From Balamuthia mandrillaris (Eukaryota): a DNA stretch of 64,000 bases. The translations under genes and the position numbers were made by a program. Within the stretch, counting starts at the first letter, position 1. Each line of letters starts with the position of its first letter. The DNA lies in the NCBI GenBank assembly GCA_031835245.2, contig JAVKOQ020000115.1, forward strand, positions 1 to 64,000, in the 5' to 3' direction. Positions 56,461 through 64,000 of the stretch are shown here, piece by piece. A model generated the notes under the pieces. That model did no database searches. It was not told where the DNA came from and saw nothing but the letters and a program-made list of their open reading frames with translations.

Positions 56461-58970
56461 CTAACCCTCTTCTCCCTCCTCTTCGTTTGATGGGGGCGCA
56501 AAGGCGATCCCATTCTTCCTCAGTAAGTCCTCTAACCGCTTCTTTTCAGCTTCCAGTTTTGCTATGGCGTCGGTCTTTTCGATCAGCAGAACTTTTACGG
56601 TCCGCATTTCCTTGGTCAGCTTTTGAGTGAGCTCTTTCTCTTCCTCCAGCTGGTTTTTAAGCCGTAGAATGTCTTCATTTACATCTCTGGCTGCACTCCC
56701 ACCTTTCCTGGAAGGGTTCCTTGCGGAAGCACCTTGCTTCGGCTCTCCTCCCGAATTACTTGCCTTGCTTCCCTCCTTCGTGGAGCCTTGTCCTGTTTTT
56801 GAGGAAGGCTTTTTCTTTTCTCGCTGCTTAGCGTTGTTCTCCTTCTCGCTCCCTATGCCCTCTTCCCCTTTCCTTGCCAACCTCGTCAACTTCATCAAGC
56901 TCGCTCCACCCCTCGTAGCCTTTTTCTTTTGTGGCTCCAGGCCGACACCAGATACCCACGCCATCCACCAAATCACCAACGGGTCCTCTTCCTCCAAAGC
57001 CCCACCACGGAGTCTCCCCATTTCTTCCACAGGATAATCCACGTTGAAGGTGGCAAGACAGTCCTTTACCATCTTTTCTTCCAGCTTTCCTTCCAGATGT
57101 TGAATCACCTGCTCTCCATGGCAAACCAAACTGCGGATAACTCGTTCCAACGCCTGTGCAGCATTCTCGTTGCTTATGGCTCTGCTGTCCTGTGACTCTT
57201 GGTCATTGGTACGTAGCGATCGGTGGTCATTGTTGTTGTCGTTTTGGATGAGGGCCGCCACTGTGTCTTCTGGAAGATGAACCCCTCTTCTCCTTAACTT
57301 TTTCTCATCGCTAGGCTTACCAACGTGTTGCTGTTGGGGTAGTGTGCCATCTTTGGGAGCATCATACGTGGGGTTACAAAGGTTCGCTAGGAAAGCTTGC
57401 ATTCGTTCCTCGTTGGACTGAATGTACGCATTTGAGAAGCCCATAAACTTTTCTTTTTCTCCGAACAGCACTATGGTTAAACAACAAAGGAGAAAGAATT
57501 TTAGGACTTGTGCAGAGCAAAAACGTGTTTTACGTACCGCCATTTGAAAGATTCTGTATTATCTTTGTGATTAGTATCAGAGAACGCCGTTGATGTACTG
57601 ACAACCGGGTTTCTGAAGTGGATAGGGAGGACACGAACTCATATTTCTCTGGCGTTACAAGAGCAGGACACATGAACCGAAGCCAGAAGAATCCGCCAAC
57701 AATCTGATACCCATGACCCGGCCATCTCTCCGTTACCCTCTCAAAGATGAAATGAAACATGCTCTGTAGAGAGCTGTCGGAGGAGACTCAATGCGTTAAT
57801 TGAAGGCGTATGATCAAAGGAGGAGCCAATACCTAGGAAATGAGGTGGCCATGCTCTCAACGGCTGAGAAGACTAACTCCACAGCCTCCAACAAACGTTG
57901 TTGGTTCTGTTCAAGAAGGGAAGGGTCACGAAGCTTAGACGGGTTCACCTGCAAACGAGGTTGTAAAACATAGTGAGAGGTTAGCAGTGCTTAATGATAA
58001 ATTCATGGGACTACTGTTAACGTATAAAATATGGTTGGGAATTACCTCTATTGCCTCATGTCTCATAACATCTGTCACAAGAGGCACAACAAGGGCTTGA
58101 AGGAATCTCCTTCCTCGCCATTGAATGTAAAGGCTCATGCATTTAGAAGCAACTGTGTTTCCTCTAAATAAAGTATGGGGTCTGTCCTCTGAGAGCACAG
58201 GAAGGATTGTGTCACCCACCATTCAATAACCCACATGGTCAGGGAAAAGAGAGACCAAACGCACCTCCTTCTTGCAAAATCTCCTTTCCAAGTGACCACT
58301 TCACCAGTTCTCTCTCTTTGCCTTGATGCCCAAAGATGATCATAAGGGATACACAACAAGCCTCATATTCATATGGTGAAGAAATGCTTGCACACAAGGC
58401 AGTGACAAAGTTTAGCGAGCTATCCATCAGGAGCTGAAAAGCTTTGTGTTAGTAGCCCAGCAGAAGAACGAGAAGAGAAAGATATGACGAAGTGGAGAAC
58501 AACAAACGCAAGGGAAGAGTTACATTAAGTATGGTGCTGCGATGTCCCCTGGGGGTATTTGCTCCTCTCTTCTCAAGACCTTGCAACACCTGAGAAAAGT
58601 CTCCTCCACCATTCTTCACAGGCATTGTCACCAGAGTAGAATGGCGTCTGTTAGTCATGGAAGGGTTCGCATTTGTCGTCTTTTCTTCAAAGGTAGTGGA
58701 GTTTGTACTCTCCGTGTAGGACTCGCCCTCCTCTGCACTGGTGACGGCTGGCAGTAGGTTGTCAAGAAGGTTATCTGCTGCTGGAGACGAAGGGCCTTCG
58801 TTCGGGTTTACAACTGACAGCCAGTAATGAGGTGGGACAGCGCTCACCGGCAAGGATCGATAAGCACTTTTTCGCGAACTGAAGGCCGGGCGCCTTTGAG
58901 AAGGGTTTTCTCTTTCCGCAGCGGTTTCGTTGAGTGGGTTGGCTACGCAAACGGTTGGAACTTCTTCCAT
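56461..58970 (-). CDS. Ras GTPase-activating protein with C-terminal coiled coil; multi-exon
   Basis: Arginine finger LFRGNT, GFFWLRFMCPALVTP, LILITKIIQNLSNG, FGEKEKFM; start uncertain (58970 or upstream). Confidence 0.88.
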
Positions 58971-59335
58971 GCTCGTCCCTCTTTGCCAAGGTTATCTGCC
59001 TGTTCACTTCTTTTAGAGTCGAACAAGGGCCAGCGCACATGTACCGCAACGTCCTTTCCTGTGTTTTACCTAAACGGGTTGCTAGAAAGCGGAAGAAGAA
59101 ACGAAAGGAAGCAGAAGGGGCGAAAGAAGAAGAAGAATTGGGCCACAAATGATACATATTTTTCTATTCAGAAAAAGAGGAGGTGCAGATAATCACAGAG
59201 TTAAAGCCTTTCTGTTGGTGAGCAAGACATTTGTTTTGCATCCTCTTTTTTCAAAAAATATTCTTCAAAGTAAAACCACTGCCAGCATTCCTCTTTATTT
59301 TTTTTTTTCGATCCGTTTCCTGCGCTGAGACTCAT

Positions 59336-60321
59336 TTACGTCATCTCGTCGATGAGACTGTCCCGCATCTCCTTCACGATTTGACTGGGTTGGGCATCCT
59401 GCAGCTTGAAGATCTTCTCAATGACGGAGATCTCAGTGGCAGTGGTGTCGAAACCACAGAAAGCAATCCAATCGTTGACAACAAGGCCCGCTCCAATGAC
59501 GTCACTGCCACGGTTTACGGTTCCAGCCACCAACGGCACCTGCAGAAGAGAGGACAGCTCATCTTGATCCTCCACGCTGGTTTTGGGGTGTACCTTCGCG
59601 AAAGGGGGAAAAAAAAGACATGAGTTCTCTATCCTTTCAATACCTGCAAAAGGAGGAGGAGTTACCAATGCTCCCTGATTGCTGAGTACAGAGTAACTGC
59701 CAACGAGAACGTTGGAAGCAATGGTTTGCCTGAACACTTCGACGCCAAGCACGTCCGCTACAATTTCTTCCGTTTCCTGTATCATATTCAAATGGGTCAG
59801 AGACTCGGTTAACAAGCACTCGGTAAAAAAGAGGCAAAAGCAAAAACAACGAACCCGGTCCAGATCAGGATGAACAAGGGCGACATAGTCGTTACAGGCG
59901 ATAACGTTGCCCAAGGCAGACAGACGCTCTTCTACTCTTTGTACAGTTACCTCGTCGGGTAAGGAGTTTCTGATGTGCATCAGCTCTTGGTCGGTGGTTG
60001 TGTTTGGAAGCAAAAGACCATTCTTGTTTCCTGTGTTTTTGTTGTCAATGCCTTGAGCTTAACGAGAGAGAGAGAGGCACGAAAAGAACAGAAGAGGAAA
60101 CGAAAATAACAGAAACATAGGAAAAGCGTACCAACACACATTCTGCCAATGACTCGGCAGCCTGCGATGGTGGCCCGAATAACAGGTATGTGATCCTGGA
60201 GCTCAGACTCGAAAACCCTAAAGTTGTCTGAACCGCCGTAAGCCACCAAACAGTATTTGTTGGTTAATCGAGAAAACACCCCGATCTCGCTGCTGTTTTC
60301 AAACTGAGCTCTGACAGCCAT
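59336..60321 (-). CDS. EIF6: Eukaryotic translation initiation factor 6
   Basis: [57 protein letters not shown]. Confidence 0.98.
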
Positions 60322-60808
60322 CTTGTTCTTCTTCCAACGCTACTTTCTCCTGAGTTTGATGTGCTTTGCTGAGGAAGCTCTCTTGGGGCGCAAACTTGTG
60401 GACGGCCTGAAGCTGAAAAAAAAAACCACAAAAAAAAAAAAGAGTCGGTCTCCTCTTCTTCTCTTGTTGTTGTTTGTTGTTTTCTGTTCTTCTCTCTGGT
60501 GCTTGGCCCCCTCTGCCTCTTCTTTTTCGAAACCAACTTCAGAAAAAAAGGTGAAAAGAGGAAAGTCAGGAAGAAAACTGGAAGAAGGGGGGGAGCACCA
60601 CGAGCCGAGAGAAAGGGCATTTTACCCGCCTTCTGAAATTTTTCTCTGCAGAAAAAGATCTGAATCGATCTACAGATCTGTTATCCGAAATTTCCGCATT
60701 TCAGAACGTGCGTTCAAGTCTGACCAACTGCATGGTAATTTAGCAACAACAAAAAGAAATAAATAAATAAAAAGAAACATAATTTACGAAAGGAGAAGGA
60801 AACAAGCG

Positions 60809-61255
60809 ATGGCGAGCAAAGCCAAGTTCTTTGAGGTAACGCAAAGCGGGCTTTGTTTTTGTGTTGTTGGTTTTGTGGTTTTATCTCGGCGAGAAAAGGC
60901 TAACCCCAAACAGAATCAAATTGAGCAGGCCTCGCCTGGCTTTCAAAAAGAGAGGGCACCCGACGAGTACACCCCTGTTGCCATCCCTTCTGGCAAAAAA
61001 ACAGACGGGAGCGTCGATGCGTCCAGCATGAAAGCCAGGTACTTTCGTTAAAAAAAAAAACAAAGCATGAAGGTCGCTCTCTAAGCGTATTTATTAAATA
61101 GGTTCGAGCTGTTAGCCAACCCTCCGCCAAAGACAAAAACCCGTGGCGCCGTGGCTTGGGATGACAACAGGAACCAAGGAGGCAAGAAAGTCCATAAGCC
61201 TGGCTACGACCCCACCAAACCTCCTCCACCACGCTCCCTTGCCGACCTTCCCTGA
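60809..61255 (+). CDS. 101-aa micro-protein ending PPPPRSLADLP (exons 60809-60835, 60914-61038, 61102-61255)
   Basis: In-frame GT-AG splicing gives MASKAKFFE...MKARFELLANPPPK...W...GYDPTKPPPPRSLADLP*; paralog at 37548. Confidence 0.75.
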
Positions 61256-61384
61256 AAAATACCTCATGCTGAGGTACTGTACATGCCTACAAAGAAAAGA
61301 AGAGAAAGGCGGAGAGTTAGCACAGCACAAGAGCTCTCGTTCTTATTTTTATTATCTTGCTCTGTTCCAAGCAAACGATTATTG

Positions 61385-62544
61385 TCACAGCAACTCGCTT
61401 TCAGTGCGCTCCACGCCCTTAAAGTACTTGACCGTCTTCACTTTTAGCTCAGCAGTGGCGTCCTCATCACACACGATGAGACCATTGGGATGAAGTTGGA
61501 TGGCAGAAGCAGTCCACATGTGGTTGACGCCACCTTCCACCACTTGGCAGAGGGCCAGGGACTTGGCCATCCCCGTCACTATGATGAGGACCTCCCTGGC
61601 GTCCATCACGGTACCGACGCCCACCGTCAGTGCCTTCTTTGGCACTTTGGAGACATCGTGTTCAAAGAAGCGTGAATTGGCCACTATTGTGTCGTACGCC
61701 AATGTCTGGTGTTATGTGAAACAAGGTCCAAGGTTTAGAAGAGAGAGAAGAGAGAGAGAATGTCAGAAGGAGGAGTGCATAGTAGAGGAGAGGAAAGAAG
61801 AGAGCAGAGCAGTATGGGCATATGACCGTAAGTCTAGTCCGAGAGGAAAGGGAAGAACCTGGCTCGTTGAAGGCAATGTGTCCTATATGTGCGTTTAGGA
61901 AATAAGAGTGATGGATGAAGAGAAAGAGGGAGGACGAGGAGAGACTGCAACAACGGAGAAGAGCGTACCATCGTTTCCAATGCCACAAAGGAACAGCTCT
62001 ATGCCGCCGTATTTGACGATGGCTTGCTCGTAAGCTTCACACTCTTGACAAAAGTCAGGAGCGTTGCCGTCTAATATGTGGATATTTTCTGGGGGTATGT
62101 CCACTTGAGAAAAGAGGTGCTTGTGCATGAAAGAGTGATAGCTCTGTTCATGCTCTCGAGGAAGACCTGTGAGCACAACCAGGTTGGCTTACACATGCGG
62201 TGCTGAAAGAAAGCGAAGGGGAAAAAAAGAGCAACTGACCGACATACTCGTCCATATTAAACGTTACAACATGTTTGAATGACAATTCGCCCTTCTTGTG
62301 CCATTCTACTAACCGCTGCAGCAACAAAGAAGCGGAACAAAAAAGTGGGGCGGGTAAGCAAAAAGACAGAGAGAGCAAAGAAGGGAGCAACAACCTTGTA
62401 GGTACCGATGGGCGTACTTCCCGTGGGCAGGCCGAGCACAAATGGCTTCTCCGCTGTTGGTTTGTACTCCAAGATCCGCTTTTTAACGTAATTGGCCACC
62501 CACTCGCTGACCTCCTCACCAGTTTCACGAACGATAAGTCGCAT
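61385..62544 (-). CDS. GNPDA: Glucosamine-6-phosphate deaminase (NagB family); multi-exon
   Basis: [59 protein letters not shown]. Confidence 0.97.
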
Positions 62545-62611
62545 CTGTTCTTCTCTTTTTCTTTTCTTTTCGTCTCTTTTCTTCTTTTTTGTCGACAAAA
62601 GCAGAAAGCAA

Positions 62612-63230
62612 ATGAGCGTGGCGCGACGTAGCAGCAAGACAACCACCCGCTACCCAAAAGAAGAGCTGAAAGCGGAGGACGCCGGGTCCACGCTGGCCTC
62701 CACCAATGACCTGCACCTCCTGCGGAAGTTGTGGCATGTGCTGGGTGGGGCCGGAATCGCTCTGTCTTATGAGTGGTGGCTGTCGTGGGGGCAGTGCTCG
62801 GCCCTTTTGGGCGTGCTGTTTCTTGGCTTGGTTTTGGTGGAAGTCGGAAAGAGTCACAAGAGCAACCTCTCCACCATAGTGCTGAAGATATCCAGCCCGC
62901 TGCTGCGCAAGCATGAAGTCACTGGCTTAAGTGGGTCCTTCTACTTTATGTTTGGTTGTCTCGTTGTGGTCCTACTATTCCCTAAGTATATTGCAGTACT
63001 TTCCATCTTGCTCCTGTCTGTTGGTGACCCAATAGCCTCTGCAGTCGGGTATGCTTTTCTCTTTCTCGTTTCTCATTTCTCATTTCTCCTCATTTCTCTT
63101 TCTCATTTCTCTTTCTCTTTCTCTTTCTCTTTCTCTTTCTCTTTCTCTTTCTCTTTCTCTTTCTCTTTCTCTTTCTCTTTCTCTTCCTCTTCTTTTTCTC
63201 TTCCTCTTCCTCTTCCTCTTCCTCTTTGTT

Positions 63231-63263
<33 letters not shown>

Positions 63264-63642
63264 TTGTCTTTTTCTCTTTTATCATTTCTTTTTCTCTTTT
63301 TTCTCTTTGCTTTTTTTGTTTCTAATTTTACTTTATTTTATTTATTTCAGGATATTTTTTGGAAAGTTCTTTAAGTTATCAAATGGAAAGTCACTTTTAG
63401 GTTTTTTTGCAGGTTTTTTATTTAATATGCTTGTTGCATATTATTATTTAAATATAGTTAGTACAAGGTTCTCTATTATCAATATAAATTTGTTATTTAT
63501 ATTGATTGGAGCTTTGACTGCAAGTTTGACTGAAGTATTAATTTCATGTACACGACCAAGACCCTTTCCTTGGGATGATAACTTTGTTATTCCAATAGTT
63601 ACAGCTATTGTATTATCATTGTATGATTTTTTTATAATATAA
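62612..63642 (+). CDS. CTP-dependent polyprenol/diacylglycerol kinase (DGK1/VTE5/dolichol kinase superfamily); 2 exons
   Basis: RKLWH, LRKHE..GLSG, GDPIASAVG, GKSLLG, DDNFVIP. Confidence 0.88.
63106..63262. repeat. (TCTCTT)n, (CCTCTT)n and (CT)n tract in the DGK1-like intron
   Basis: Directly visible tandem repeats. Confidence 0.95.
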
Positions 63643-64000
63643 CATTTAAACTTCTTTTATTACAATTATGATAATAATGTACTTAAGTATAGAACCAAGA
63701 AACAAGTATTGTTTCTTCCTTTCTTATAATATTACTTAGTACTTTCAAGTTTTCCAAAATACTTTTTTTCCCTTTTTTTATTATATTTATTAGTGCTTAA
63801 CTAGAAGTACAAATTTAAATTCTATAAACAATGGAAACTGGAGCCTATAACATTGGGCTCTTGTCACCAAGGTCTTTTCTTGTTCTATTCTTTCAATAAA
63901 TAGTTCAAGAAGAAACAATATTCTGAGTAAAAAAAGAAACATATATGTAATATAAAAAAAGTCAACTAAAACAAAATCATAAAATCCATTGTAATCACTT

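Overview
Gene-dense eukaryotic (protist) nuclear DNA with short GT-AG introns, many carrying (CT)n microsatellites. A Dictyostelium-type Roco kinase and the general gene style suggest an amoebozoan (inference). About 27 protein genes and one tRNA-Ala(AGC) can be assembled by hand: a GT41/OGT-like protein, ArfGAP, GAR1, MSH2, INO80, RPL29, TMEM19, RBM22, Roco kinase, a DOMON-Cu monooxygenase-cytochrome b561 fusion, NUS1, POLR3C, a USP, a permuted NlpC/P60 protein, an MBOAT sterol acyltransferase, a MIF4G-Nup62-like protein, a secreted CAP/CHRD-like protein, RasGAP, eIF6, GNPDA and a DGK1-like kinase. The most notable signals are: (1) a TnpB/Fanzor RuvC-III C-terminal remnant (LDRDVTGAHNILLQNLVA*) followed immediately by a hairpin-rich omega-RNA-like segment at ~8160-8411, next to a gag-like fragment and absent from the ORF track; (2) an OGT-family protein with a signal peptide and HDEF ER-retrieval tail; (3) two spliced micro-protein paralogs ending in SLADLP; (4) the palindrome TGTCGACA, seen only in intergenic/promoter DNA; (5) several unusual domain fusions. 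Exon boundaries were assembled by eye and family calls rest on recognised motifs, not database searches.
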